From positions 32,001-96,000 of IMG/VR virus record IMGVR_UViG_3300008116_000011: 64,000 bases of DNA. One strand, given 5' to 3'. This document shows, one piece after another, positions 29,886 through 40,168 of the stretch. This DNA is from a virus. Under the pieces are notes generated by a model. The model made no database searches and was not told where the DNA came from. It was given only the letters and a program-made list of their open reading frames with translations. How positions within the stretch are numbered: position 1 is the first letter of the stretch; the number at the start of each line of letters is the position of its first letter. The position numbers were made by a program, and so were the translations under genes.

Positions 29886-30192
29886 AACTTGCTATTGATT
29901 CAATTAATTTTTGAATATCAGCACACACTTCATATTCTTCCATATCTGAAAAATATGTTTGGGCTTTTTCTAGAGATTGAGTCCAATCTGAACGATCAAG
30001 AGAAATATAATTTCCGCTTGAATTTAATTCTATTATAGTTGCTTCTGCTTGATTGCGTTCAGAAGCTTCTTTAATTGCTGATACGAGACTGTTAAATACC
30101 ACATTTTGGACCTGTGGGTTAATTTGAATTGCGTTAAAATCTACTCCATCTTGGAGAGTAATGTACAAATTTGGGATTTGTCTTCTACGCAT
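29794..30192 (-). CDS. Protein with UvrB/UvrC (UVR)-like motif
   Basis: FSDMEEYEVCADIQKL. Confidence 0.5.
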   Translation of the reverse strand: MRRRQIPNLYITLQDGVDFNAIQINPQVQNVVFNSLVSAIKEASERNQAEATIIELNSSGNYISLDRSDWTQSLEKAQTYFSDMEEYEVCADIQKLIESIASYGTKRLYRKASRTDKPNNRGSKYTKTSKKD

Positions 30193-30201
30193 ATTTAAAA
30201 T

Positions 30202-30585
30202 TTAAGCAGGTTCAACGACAGGTTCAGAATTTCCTCCTTCAAGTGCAGATTTAACAAGCATTTTAATGTTACTCAATCTAATTAAGAATCCAATAACATT
30301 TTCATAAGGTACATCTAAATCAACATCTACACTTAGCATATGTGGTGCTAAGCCAGCATTCAATTTAGTTTTTAACTTTTGTGTTAATTCTTCTTTTTGG
30401 TTTGTAGTATATCCCTTAGGTAATATGAATTGTACCTTAACACCCTTTTTAGTTGGATTAGGATTAACGTCTAATTTTAAACGAGGTGAAGAAGGTACTT
30501 CTACTTCAGCATCAATATTTGCTTCAACTTCTTCTTCGGCTTCAAGAAATAATTTTAATTCCTCTAATATGCTTATTGGTTCCAT
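30202..30585 (-). CDS. Hypothetical protein
   Basis: LDVNPNPTKKGVKVQF motif; ATATTTAT at 30599-30606. Confidence 0.65.
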   Translation of the reverse strand: MEPISILEELKLFLEAEEEVEANIDAEVEVPSSPRLKLDVNPNPTKKGVKVQFILPKGYTTNQKEELTQKLKTKLNAGLAPHMLSVDVDLDVPYENVIGFLIRLSNIKMLVKSALEGGNSEPVVEPA

Positions 30586-30588
30586 GTA

Positions 30589-31521
30589 TTATTTTTGTAT
30601 AAATATTAAATCTTGTTCAAATGATTCTAATGATTTTACTGTAACTTTGGTATTTCCTAGCTCAAATGTACCTATTTCATTATTTTCAGCAACAATGTCA
30701 TTTAATTGGGTTAAGAATGTATAATCTTGTTGAGTAAAGGTACTAACATCTATTTCAACAACCACATTTGCTTTTTCAGGAGTAGATGTAAAGAATAAAT
30801 CTAAAGCATTAGTCAGGTCAGGGGTTGATATTCCTTTAATAGTATATGCTTTTTTATACACTTTGTTATATCTAGATATTCTAAAACCCCATTTTTTAAT
30901 GAATGCTAGGTTAGACAACATTTCTATTTCTTGATAATTGTCGGATCTTGATGTTTTGCTTACAAAGTGATAGACCATAGCTCCTGTAGTTACTTTGCAG
31001 CTATAACCTGCTAGTTTATATCTTAAATGTACATCATCATCTTCACAGAATTTTTTAAATGTGTATCCATCTATATCCAAATAATCTTCTTTGTAAACAG
31101 CAAAGAACAATTGTGAACCACCCTCTAATACCATATCATCACTATTGTATGAAAAGAATTTATCTTTATCGTATGTTTCAATATCTCTTCCACAATCAAA
31201 TATAGATTTACCTGGATAGGTATCTGTGTATATTGGCGGTTCTACTCGATGATAAACAAGTACCATTTTGCGCTCTATATACTTTAATATTGTCTCCACA
31301 AATCCAGGATGTGGAACCATGTCATTGTGCATTAATACTACTACTTCACCTTTTGCTTTAGCAACAGCATTATTATAGTTAATTCCTAAAGTAACATTAT
31401 CATTTACTTCAACTACAATTTCAACTTCATTTTCATTAGGATATAATTCTCTAATTTGTTGAATTGCAAAGTCAGTATATTTTTGATTAGATGAAGTCGC
31501 TGGTATTATTAAAGATATCAT
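30589..31521 (-). CDS. GT2 glycosyltransferase
   Basis: ISLIIP, LMHNDM, CEDDD, VYHFVSKTSR. Confidence 0.85.
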   Translation of the reverse strand: MISLIIPATSSNQKYTDFAIQQIRELYPNENEVEIVVEVNDNVTLGINYNNAVAKAKGEVVVLMHNDMVPHPGFVETILKYIERKMVLVYHRVEPPIYTDTYPGKSIFDCGRDIETYDKDKFFSYNSDDMVLEGGSQLFFAVYKEDYLDIDGYTFKKFCEDDDVHLRYKLAGYSCKVTTGAMVYHFVSKTSRSDNYQEIEMLSNLAFIKKWGFRISRYNKVYKKAYTIKGISTPDLTNALDLFFTSTPEKANVVVEIDVSTFTQQDYTFLTQLNDIVAENNEIGTFELGNTKVTVKSLESFEQDLIFIQK

Positions 31522-32377
31522 ATTTCATTTTGTTTTTGTTTGATGGGATTGGTTTTACAAATGAGTATTCATCAAATTTAGGCATTTGTCCCCATTTGTT
31601 TAAAAATTTTACAGCATTTCTGTGTTCTGTAATTCTTTGCCTTTCAGAGGATTGTCCATTATTTTCTTCTAGACGATGAGAACCTCTACCAGCGAAGTGC
31701 CAAATTACAGATTTTGTTGTTTGTACAAATCCAAATCCTTCATTTTGCATTCTAATAAACAAGTCCATATCTTCCCAAGATGTAGGGGCAAATAAAGCAT
31801 CATTACCTCCTATGTAATCCCAATCTTCTTTTCTAATTATATACCCACCTGCTCCTTCTCCTCTTCTAATTTGGATATCATTCATGCAACTAACTTCTCT
31901 TGAAAATTCTAAAAAAGCCTCTTCTTTAAAACCATCATGATATGCTCCAAAAGTATCTAATGGAGTAAATATTGTACCTGCTCTTTCATGATCATTAAAT
32001 ACATTTGGTTGTATTCTCCAAGATGATACAACATATTTTCCATTATGTTTTCTTATTTCATTTAATAAATCTAAATCAAAGTCTTCAGCAACGTAGAAAT
32101 CAGACTGCAGGAATATAATGTATTCTGTTTTTACTTTACTAGCACAGAAGTTCATTCCACCACCTATTCCTCTAGCTGGTTCAAAGTATGGTTCGATATA
32201 GATTTCTAAATTATATTTATCTTTAACTTCTTCAAGCCATTCATTAGTACCATCCGTACAATTTTCGGCATGTACTATAAATGGAGCATCTTTAAAGTAA
32301 GCATTTTGTCTTACAGATTTAATACACCATTTAAGATATTCTAAATTATTATATGTCGAAACTGTAAATGTTATCAT
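31487..32377 (-). CDS. GT2 glycosyltransferase
   Basis: STYNN, CTDGT, FLQSD, GGND, WEDMD, IWHF. Confidence 0.85.
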   Translation of the reverse strand: MITFTVSTYNNLEYLKWCIKSVRQNAYFKDAPFIVHAENCTDGTNEWLEEVKDKYNLEIYIEPYFEPARGIGGGMNFCASKVKTEYIIFLQSDFYVAEDFDLDLLNEIRKHNGKYVVSSWRIQPNVFNDHERAGTIFTPLDTFGAYHDGFKEEAFLEFSREVSCMNDIQIRRGEGAGGYIIRKEDWDYIGGNDALFAPTSWEDMDLFIRMQNEGFGFVQTTKSVIWHFAGRGSHRLEENNGQSSERQRITEHRNAVKFLNKWGQMPKFDEYSFVKPIPSNKNKMKYDIFNNTSDFI

Positions 32378-33108
32378 GGCTTATAATTTTGAGCTAAACT
32401 CATCATTTTATATTTTTCACTGTCCAACCCATTAATTGAGAAGAAATGATCCATTCCACCTTGAGCCAGCTGGCAGTATTGTTCCAAGGTAATATCAGAT
32501 TTTCCTTCTTTTGTTGTTTTAGCTACTAAATGTACGGCTGTAAGGTAATCAACTATTCCTATTTTCCAACCTTTTCTTTCACATACTATTCCTGAGTAGA
32601 TGTCTAGTCCCCATCCATAGATCATGCTCATATCAAATTGTTTAATTTCTTCAATTAAACGTCTATGAATTAGAGGAGACATAAAATCAACCCATGGTAC
32701 TTGTCTTACATTTTGAGTACCATAGTTAAACATTTGTCGCCACATATCTGATTCTAATCTAACTTGAATAACGGAAGGAGATAATATAGTATAATTTTGT
32801 TCAAACATTTCTTTACGTAGTGTTTCTACAAAATTATGTCCGTGTAATAAAACGTCATTACTTAAAAATAATAATGAATCATATTCTTTATTTTCAAGAA
32901 TATACTCAAACATTAAATTCATTGCCCCTCCGAAATAACAGTTTTTCTCTGTTTCAAAATGTACTATACTAGGCTTACCTTCAGGACTACTTGCATTATC
33001 TAATACAACCACATCATATAAATTATTTTCATATGGTTTTAATGAATTGTATAAGAAATTAGTATACTCTGGTAGGTTATGGTTGAGTATTGTTACTAGA
33101 GTTTTCAT
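32374..33108 (-). CDS. GT2 glycosyltransferase
   Basis: ILNHN, VLDNAS, FLSND, GWGLD. Confidence 0.8.
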   Translation of the reverse strand: MKTLVTILNHNLPEYTNFLYNSLKPYENNLYDVVVLDNASSPEGKPSIVHFETEKNCYFGGAMNLMFEYILENKEYDSLLFLSNDVLLHGHNFVETLRKEMFEQNYTILSPSVIQVRLESDMWRQMFNYGTQNVRQVPWVDFMSPLIHRRLIEEIKQFDMSMIYGWGLDIYSGIVCERKGWKIGIVDYLTAVHLVAKTTKEGKSDITLEQYCQLAQGGMDHFFSINGLDSEKYKMMSLAQNYKP

Positions 33109-33131
33109 ATATAACCTTTTTAATTGTCATT

Positions 33132-34124
33132 TTAATTAGTCCAATCCGGGTATAACCCGTTCATTGTTTCATAAGGGGGATGAGAAGATAAAGATCGAGT
33201 TGGTTGTTGTTGTACCCAATTCCACATTTGAGTTAATCCAACATTCAAAGACGTTTCATTAGTTGCCCCAAATAATTGTATTGATTTTGCTATATCAGGA
33301 TATGAATCTTCTATTTCATACCTTGGAGCATCATATACCTTTTGGCTAGTACCTACAACTTGATCAAATATATCACTAGCTTCATTAATAGTAGTAGGTA
33401 CAGATCCTCCTAAATTAATTATTTGTTTTGAACAATTAGATTGAACAGCACTTTTCCAAATATTTTCTAAATAATCATCTATAAAGCTAAAACGCCTTAT
33501 TTGGTTTCCATCTCCAAATATTGTTCTAGGTTGATTATTCAAATATTGGTACATCCAAATTCCAAATATATTTCTATATCTATCCCAAATATTTTGTTTA
33601 GTTCCATATAAGTTATATAAACGCAAAATACACCAGTCTAATCCTTGTTGTTCTCCTGCTATTTGAATATCTTCTTCACTAGTGTATTTTGCCACTCCAT
33701 AAGGATCAATAGGGTTACATGATTGTAATTCATCATAAGGATGTCCATATCCACGACCATAGACAGCAGTCGCAGATGAAAATATTAATTTTCCAACATT
33801 ATAGTTAAGACAATTATTTACTATTTTAGATGTAGCTAGTAGATTATTTTTATAGTTATATACTCTAACAAAAGGAGATAATGTTTCAGGAGCATATGCT
33901 GCAAAATGAAATACATAATCAAATTGATTAGAGGAAAAGCAATTTTCTATAGGGTCATCTACTATATTCATTTGAAATAATGTAACATTAGAATTTACAT
34001 TTTCAATGTATCCCCCACTTAAATCATCTATGCCCACAATTTCTGTAGTTGGGTAATTAGCTACTACCCAATCAGCAAATTTACTGCCTAAAAATCCTGC
34101 TACGCCAGTAATTAGTATTTTCAT
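33132..34124 (-). CDS. NAD-dependent nucleotide-sugar epimerase/dehydratase
   Basis: TGVAGFLG, YGVAK (YxxxK), LRLYNLYG. Confidence 0.9.
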   Translation of the reverse strand: MKILITGVAGFLGSKFADWVVANYPTTEIVGIDDLSGGYIENVNSNVTLFQMNIVDDPIENCFSSNQFDYVFHFAAYAPETLSPFVRVYNYKNNLLATSKIVNNCLNYNVGKLIFSSATAVYGRGYGHPYDELQSCNPIDPYGVAKYTSEEDIQIAGEQQGLDWCILRLYNLYGTKQNIWDRYRNIFGIWMYQYLNNQPRTIFGDGNQIRRFSFIDDYLENIWKSAVQSNCSKQIINLGGSVPTTINEASDIFDQVVGTSQKVYDAPRYEIEDSYPDIAKSIQLFGATNETSLNVGLTQMWNWVQQQPTRSLSSHPPYETMNGLYPDWTN

Positions 34125-34831
34125 TTTAATATTGTTTTTAATTTATCTAAATTCATTGATATGTTGCCAGGAACATGTTCTGGTTTTTGTGCTGGTTGTG
34201 TTTCTGGTTTTGTTTGTTTTGCTAGGTCAAGCATTGTTTTTAATTCAGTACCTACATTATAAATACCAGTTGCTTTTTTATTTATTAGTTTAATAATTAA
34301 ATCCGCAATTGTATCTATGTAGTCAAAATTGCCTATTTGGTTATACCATGCATATTTAAATTCAAAAGGTCTTGCTTTAAATGAACATCTACAAATTAAA
34401 TGATTATTATTAGTTAATGAAACATATTCATCAGCTAATAATTTATAGTACGTGTACCAATTATTTGAAGGAATAGGCATATCTTCTTCTGTAGCATTGT
34501 TTGTTGATCCGGCATAAATATAGTCTGTTGAAATATGAATTAATTTTATACTATAGGCATTGCAGATATCCGATAAAATAGAAACAGCTTCATAATTTAC
34601 TTTATACATTGCTTCTTTATCTGTTGAATATGTGTCTGTATTTGCAATGCAATTTACTACTGCATCGTACTTTGTTGTAGCTCTATTTCCTGACACATTG
34701 AGTACATAATTAGCTATTTTATTAGAGTCTGTTATTTCAAATCCATCTTTTTTTCTTGAAACATAATCCCAGCCTGTTTGTTTTACAATTTCAGACCCTA
34801 GCATTCCATCTCCTAATACTAATACTTTCAT
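34121..34831 (-). CDS. RmlD-like NDP-4-keto-sugar reductase
   Basis: GDGMLG, HISTDYIY, YTYYK. Confidence 0.8.
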   Translation of the reverse strand: MKVLVLGDGMLGSEIVKQTGWDYVSRKKDGFEITDSNKIANYVLNVSGNRATTKYDAVVNCIANTDTYSTDKEAMYKVNYEAVSILSDICNAYSIKLIHISTDYIYAGSTNNATEEDMPIPSNNWYTYYKLLADEYVSLTNNNHLICRCSFKARPFEFKYAWYNQIGNFDYIDTIADLIIKLINKKATGIYNVGTELKTMLDLAKQTKPETQPAQKPEHVPGNISMNLDKLKTILK

Positions 34832-36111
34832 TTAAATTTTGTTAAAACATCATTAATGTAATCGAATACTGGTTCACGATAATGAGGAGCAGCTCCTATA
34901 AAGAATACTTTATCTAATACTTTATTTGCTTCAGGATAATCTTTATAGTCATCTAAGTGACTAAATCCAGGATGTAATAATATGTTTCCTGCAAAGTAAT
35001 TTCGAGTTTGTATTTTATTATCTTCTAGATATTGAACTAATCTATGCTTTAGTCCAGGTTCGTCACATATAAATGGCGTTCCAAACCAACATGGTTCTGC
35101 TTTACTTAATCTAGACGGTGCTCTTAATCCAGGGATGTTATCAACAAATATTTGTGTAATTGTTTCTTTACTTCTTTTTCTATTTTTTTCTATTTCTTCA
35201 AATTTATCTAATTGAGCTAATCCAATTGCTCCTTGTAAATCTAACGGTTTTAAGTTATACCCCATCTCAGCAAACACATATTTGTGATCGATTATACCAT
35301 CATAATTTTCAAGCCATTTGTCAAATCTATTTCCACAAGTACCACAAGATAATAAATTAGCTGAGCCTACACAGTAACAATCTCTGCCCCACCAACTTAG
35401 ACTAGTAAATAGTTTTTTAAGTGCTTCATCATTAGTACAAATCATTCCCCCTTCACCTGTTGAAATATGGTGTGCTGGGTAAAATGAATTTGAGTGAGCT
35501 ACATAATAATCAGTAAGTAGTTTTCCATTCCATTTACTTCCTAAGCTATCACAGTTATCACCTATCAATTTAAGATTATACTTATTTGCTAATTCTACCA
35601 ATTTATCGAAATCAGGAGGATTACCTAATACAGGTGAAACAAATATACCTTTAGTTTTTGGTGTAATTTTTTCTTCTATTTTAGCTATATCAAAATTTAA
35701 AGTATCCCATTCAATATCTACAAACACTGGTTTTAGTCTGTTTTGATAAATTACAGATACTGTTGTTGCAAATCCAACAGGTGATACAATTATTTCATCT
35801 TCATCTTGCCAATTAAATCGTTTTTTAAGAGCAGTAATCAATACTAAGTTTGCGGATGAGCCTGAGTTCACCATGTGGGCGTACTTTTGATTAAATTTCT
35901 TTGCAAACCTACTTTCAAATTTATGTACTTTTTCTCCTGCTACAATCCATTTCCCATTTAGGAAAGCATCCATAGCAGCTACTATTTCATTACTATCCCA
36001 GTATGGACCTGAATAATATACTGGAGTTATCCCGGGTTCAAAATGATCATTGTAGATATATTTTGGAACGTGATTTCCAGCTAGTGCTTGTATGTTGGAT
36101 AGTTCTATCAT
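34828..36111 (-). CDS. RfbH/DdhC-like NDP-4-keto-6-deoxysugar 3-dehydratase (DegT family)
   Basis: VNSGSSANL, SFYPAHHISTGEGG (His at the PLP-Lys position), WGRDCYC..CG, YDHKY-like IDHKY. Confidence 0.85.
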   Translation of the reverse strand: MIELSNIQALAGNHVPKYIYNDHFEPGITPVYYSGPYWDSNEIVAAMDAFLNGKWIVAGEKVHKFESRFAKKFNQKYAHMVNSGSSANLVLITALKKRFNWQDEDEIIVSPVGFATTVSVIYQNRLKPVFVDIEWDTLNFDIAKIEEKITPKTKGIFVSPVLGNPPDFDKLVELANKYNLKLIGDNCDSLGSKWNGKLLTDYYVAHSNSFYPAHHISTGEGGMICTNDEALKKLFTSLSWWGRDCYCVGSANLLSCGTCGNRFDKWLENYDGIIDHKYVFAEMGYNLKPLDLQGAIGLAQLDKFEEIEKNRKRSKETITQIFVDNIPGLRAPSRLSKAEPCWFGTPFICDEPGLKHRLVQYLEDNKIQTRNYFAGNILLHPGFSHLDDYKDYPEANKVLDKVFFIGAAPHYREPVFDYINDVLTKFK

Positions 36112-36788
36112 GTTGTATAATTTATAATTTGTTCCCAGTTAATTATTGGAGCTAACCATTCTACTTCACAATGCGTTGCTAAGCTAGGAATAGGAGATAA
36201 AATGGTTCTATTTCTATTTTCTCTTAAAAATTCATATCTATTAAAATCACTACAGTTTGTTGAGTGAGTATCAAAATCTTCTTCTAATATTCTTTTTCCA
36301 AATATTACACTTCCTGTTGTATTAGGAACCCATCTCCAATGATGTGTTTTAGTTAAAAACATATATGTAACTAAATCAGGATACATTGTTGAGTTATATT
36401 TGTCATTATGATCATATAAACTAACATAATCTAAACCATTATATGATTCAAATAACTCTAATACTTTATAAGCCCATCCAGGAACATGAACATAGTCATT
36501 TTCTGCTATATATATTAAGTCTTTATCCCCAATATTTAATTTTTTAGCATAATTCCAAGCATAAAAGTATGAGTTACAATCAGAACCAGCAGTGAATATT
36601 TGAGTATGATGGATTCTTGGATCTACAGGAGCATAATCTCCATCAAGTAAAAGATGAAATTTTACAAAATCTAATCCTTCTATTGTAGTAAGAATATTAT
36701 TTAAACTTTTATCATAAGAAAACCAATAAGGTCTATTTTTACCTAATCCACTAGCATTACTTGTATGTCTATAAAGTATATGTATCAT
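36108..36788 (-). CDS. Glycosyltransferase-like protein
   Basis: YIAENDYVH, YVSLYDH, SPIPSLATH. Confidence 0.6.
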   Translation of the reverse strand: MIHILYRHTSNASGLGKNRPYWFSYDKSLNNILTTIEGLDFVKFHLLLDGDYAPVDPRIHHTQIFTAGSDCNSYFYAWNYAKKLNIGDKDLIYIAENDYVHVPGWAYKVLELFESYNGLDYVSLYDHNDKYNSTMYPDLVTYMFLTKTHHWRWVPNTTGSVIFGKRILEEDFDTHSTNCSDFNRYEFLRENRNRTILSPIPSLATHCEVEWLAPIINWEQIINYTT

Positions 36789-37381
36789 TTTATTTTTTTA
36801 GCAGGTGTCCCAATATATACTCCCGGTTCAATAATATCAGTTAGTACTCCTGAATTTAATCCAATTGTTACATCATTGCATATTTTGGTTTTTTGTTTGT
36901 TACATGATCTAGTTCCAAAATATACTCTATCTCCTATAGTACACGTTCCTGAAATTTGAACTCCAGGAGCGGTTGTAAAATAATTTCCAATTATATTATC
37001 ATGTCCTATAGTTGTTATTAAATTCAAATGAGCATGTTTACCTATTTTACAGTTTGTTGTAATAATAGTACCAGCACATATTATACTTCCTTCACCAATT
37101 TCAACATCAGGTCCGTGTATTTGAGCGGACGGGTGAATATACGTAAAAAATTTAGTGTTTCCAGGTAAAGAATTTACTATTCTTTCTCTTACAACAGGAT
37201 CAGCAATAGCTACTATTACCTGATATTCTGTAGGGTCAAATTTAGATAGGGGTAAAGTTTTGTCTTTTCCTTGGTAGTAATTATCATCTATAAAAAATAC
37301 ACATTCATCTTGTTCTTTAAGGGATAAAGTCCAAAATATTTCTGTTCCAAAACCACCAGCACCTATAATTGCTTTTTTCAT
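36785..37381 (-). CDS. PglD/NeuD-type sugar acetyltransferase
   Basis: IIGAGGFG, hexapeptide repeats, IGHD, GTPAK. Confidence 0.9.
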   Translation of the reverse strand: MKKAIIGAGGFGTEIFWTLSLKEQDECVFFIDDNYYQGKDKTLPLSKFDPTEYQVIVAIADPVVRERIVNSLPGNTKFFTYIHPSAQIHGPDVEIGEGSIICAGTIITTNCKIGKHAHLNLITTIGHDNIIGNYFTTAPGVQISGTCTIGDRVYFGTRSCNKQKTKICNDVTIGLNSGVLTDIIEPGVYIGTPAKKIK

Positions 37382-37382
37382 A

Positions 37383-38003
37383 TTATTTATTTTTATAATA
37401 CCAACAATTACCTACTATAATTACTTCTAAATTGTTTTCATTAGCAAATTCATGAGCAGCTTGTCTTACTCCAGGCCATGTGTAATCATCTCCTACTATA
37501 GTAGCATTAGGCCAAAATTTATAAGAAACAGTAATATCATGTAATACACTTTCATAATCATGATGTGCATCAATATAAATTACATCAAAAGGTATATTTA
37601 GTTTTCCTAATATTTGTAAACCATCTACTGTTTTAGCTTTAAGAGGTGTCAAACGATCTTTATATTCCCAAGTATTTACTAAAAATGTTTCAAATAATGA
37701 TTTAATATGATGCCATATTTTTCTTACTTCATAGATATTAAACTCCTTTTGAACATAATCATTTTCATCATTACTCCAATGATCAACACATACAATATAA
37801 GCTTCAGGAGCCGCCCTTAATATAAACTTTGTTGAACCAGATCCATTCCAACTTCCCATTTCTAAAATGTATTTTGGCTGTCTTTCCTTTATTACTTGAC
37901 CTAACACAGATGCATTATCTCCACCAAACCAATTATATCCATTTTCTGAGATATTTGGTTTTTCAGTAGGCCATTGGAATAATGTTTCTAATTTTTCTTT
38001 CAT
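37383..38003 (-). CDS. Class I SAM-dependent methyltransferase (Methyltransf_24-like)
   Basis: LEMGSWNG, DVIYIDAHHDY, GDDY..PGV. Confidence 0.85.
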   Translation of the reverse strand: MKEKLETLFQWPTEKPNISENGYNWFGGDNASVLGQVIKERQPKYILEMGSWNGSGSTKFILRAAPEAYIVCVDHWSNDENDYVQKEFNIYEVRKIWHHIKSLFETFLVNTWEYKDRLTPLKAKTVDGLQILGKLNIPFDVIYIDAHHDYESVLHDITVSYKFWPNATIVGDDYTWPGVRQAAHEFANENNLEVIIVGNCWYYKNK

Positions 38004-38629
38004 TGTTTATATATTTCAAATTTTGATAGATCTGGGTATGGTAATTCCAAGTCAGCATTGTGTTTTTTGGTTCCATCTAGGTTGTAAAATTGGTTCATTA
38101 ATAGTAATCCTCTAGCTGCTAGTTCAGGCATCATATAGAAATTCCATCCTAGCATATCAAAGTTATCATCATGATATGAGCATTCTCTTCTTCCACTATA
38201 TCTTGCTCTTTTAAACCAATGATATGCTTCTAAACTATCTGTTAATATAGCTCCACCTTTACTTAATTTAAAATGCTTATAAGGACCTGTAAATGAAAGA
38301 CACATATGAGTTCCTGGTTTGTACATATCTGCTGTGAAGCATAAAGCACTATCCCAAACATTAGTAGGTGCTAATTGATAAGCTCCTTTTAATGTTTTAC
38401 CTTTTACAGATTTAAACTTTACTTTAGCCCCAGCATGAATAATTTCACAAGGTACAGAAGGATAAGTACGAGCAGGAATTGTTACCTCTTTTCCTTTAAC
38501 ATTTTCAAACATTAAAGCTAAGAACAAAGCATTACTTTGATTATCTACAGTTACTGCATAAGGAGCACCTGTATAATCAGCTAATTTTTGTTCAAACTCT
38601 TCTGTTATTTTGTAAATACCATTTGCCAT
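38000..38629 (-). CDS. Compact DegT/DnrJ PLP aminotransferase
   Basis: FEQKLADY, TYPSVP, WDSA, SFTGPYKHF..KGGAILT, GWNFYM; only 209 aa. Confidence 0.75.
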   Translation of the reverse strand: MANGIYKITEEFEQKLADYTGAPYAVTVDNQSNALFLALMFENVKGKEVTIPARTYPSVPCEIIHAGAKVKFKSVKGKTLKGAYQLAPTNVWDSALCFTADMYKPGTHMCLSFTGPYKHFKLSKGGAILTDSLEAYHWFKRARYSGRRECSYHDDNFDMLGWNFYMMPELAARGLLLMNQFYNLDGTKKHNADLELPYPDLSKFEIYKQ

Positions 38630-38632
38630 AAC

Positions 38633-39232
38633 TTATAATTTAGAATAAAATTCGTTTTGTCGCTCTTGCCTCTTAATATCTTTAGGATGAAATAAACAAT
38701 ATTCTTCTATTTGTGGTAGTACTGAGTAGGTTTCAAATCCATCTAGGCGTTCATGTACTTTATTTATCCATTTAATTTTCTTATTATTTTTCCAAACACG
38801 CCATTGGTAATCAGGAAAATTAACCCATCCTTTTTCATTTACATTCCATCCCCACTTTCCAATGTGTTGTACAGTTAGTCCTTCAACAGTATTAATTCTA
38901 GGAACTAAAATTACATCTATTGGGTTGTATTCTAATATCTGGGGAAGTGATTGAATTAGAAATGGATGGGGGTATTCATCCGCATCTATCTGGAAGATAT
39001 AATCTTTAGTACAGAATTTAGTTAGGTGATTTTTGAATGTTGCAAAGTCTCCATTTAATGGATGAGCAGTATATTTGTTTGCTACTTCTCTTACTTCTTT
39101 AGTTGCATTGTCTATATCTAGTTGAATTACTATTTCATCCTCGGGACGTATATGCTTACTTAGTAAATCTAAAAGGAACGATAGTTCTTTATGCTCATTA
39201 CAAGCAGTGATAGCATAACTAATTGAAGGCAT
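38633..39232 (-). CDS. GT2 glycosyltransferase
   Basis: ISYAITACNE, FQIDADE, PDYQWR, KVHE. Confidence 0.85.
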   Translation of the reverse strand: MPSISYAITACNEHKELSFLLDLLSKHIRPEDEIVIQLDIDNATKEVREVANKYTAHPLNGDFATFKNHLTKFCTKDYIFQIDADEYPHPFLIQSLPQILEYNPIDVILVPRINTVEGLTVQHIGKWGWNVNEKGWVNFPDYQWRVWKNNKKIKWINKVHERLDGFETYSVLPQIEEYCLFHPKDIKRQERQNEFYSKL

Positions 39233-39480
39233 AACTTAATCGTTAAGTTGTTGTTTAGAGGTTGTATATGTTATATCTGTTCCAGAAGGCAAATTAGTTA
39301 AATTATGTCTAGTAGTACCTGTATTTATAAATCCGGTTCCACCTATTCCTATAGACACACCCTTATTATCAGATACCTTCCCCAATTCTTCTTTAATACT
39401 ATCCCATTGTTTAGGTGTAGGAGCAAATTCATTACAAGCTTCTACAAATCCTTTTAACCATATTACAAATTCGCTTGATG

Positions 39481-39912
39481 TCATAGTGAATTTAATTTTA
39501 TAACTGCAGATGCAAATGTTTCTTTAGGAAAATGTTCCATTTGATTCATATCAATTTTATGAGTTTGATTCTTTGGGAAGCGTGCTTTTTCTTCTTCCTT
39601 AATTGGTACTAAAGGAGCTACTGTCCATCCCCAAGAGTCTTTACCTCCACCATTTGGAAATAATATACCCTTTTCAGGGATGTTGATAGTACTTGGGTAC
39701 CATACGAATCCATCTTCATCTATGATCTCTAAATCCTTAATTAATTCAGGAAGTGATTCCTTAGCATTTTTTACAAAGTCACTATCTTGAACCATATGTG
39801 AAGTACTACCATAACCACAATTAAAACACATCCATTGTATAAATTGTGAATGATGATATTCGTAGCACATTTCCGCACCACAACAGTGGCATGTAACTAA
39901 ATTGTCAGTCAT
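39481..39912 (-). CDS. Zinc-ribbon protein
   Basis: CHCCG...CFNCG; promoter at 39917-39948. Confidence 0.6.
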   Translation of the reverse strand: MTDNLVTCHCCGAEMCYEYHHSQFIQWMCFNCGYGSTSHMVQDSDFVKNAKESLPELIKDLEIIDEDGFVWYPSTINIPEKGILFPNGGGKDSWGWTVAPLVPIKEEEKARFPKNQTHKIDMNQMEHFPKETFASAVIKLNSL

Positions 39913-40168
39913 ATTATAAATTTACGAACAGTAAATTAGAGTCCCAAAAACTTCTTAACTTTATCTAAAAACGATACTTTTGATTCTGATTTGTTATCAT
40001 CGTGGTAAGCTACATATGGTGTTGCTTCCGGAGCGAGGATCGGAGCTTCTTCTAATTTTACTTTTTTAACAATTTTTTTCTTTGGAGCAGCTGTTTTTTT
40101 CTTTGAAGCTGGAGCTTTTTTTAGTTGTTTCTTTTCCATTTGGTTTATGTTTTGTATATAAATATATG

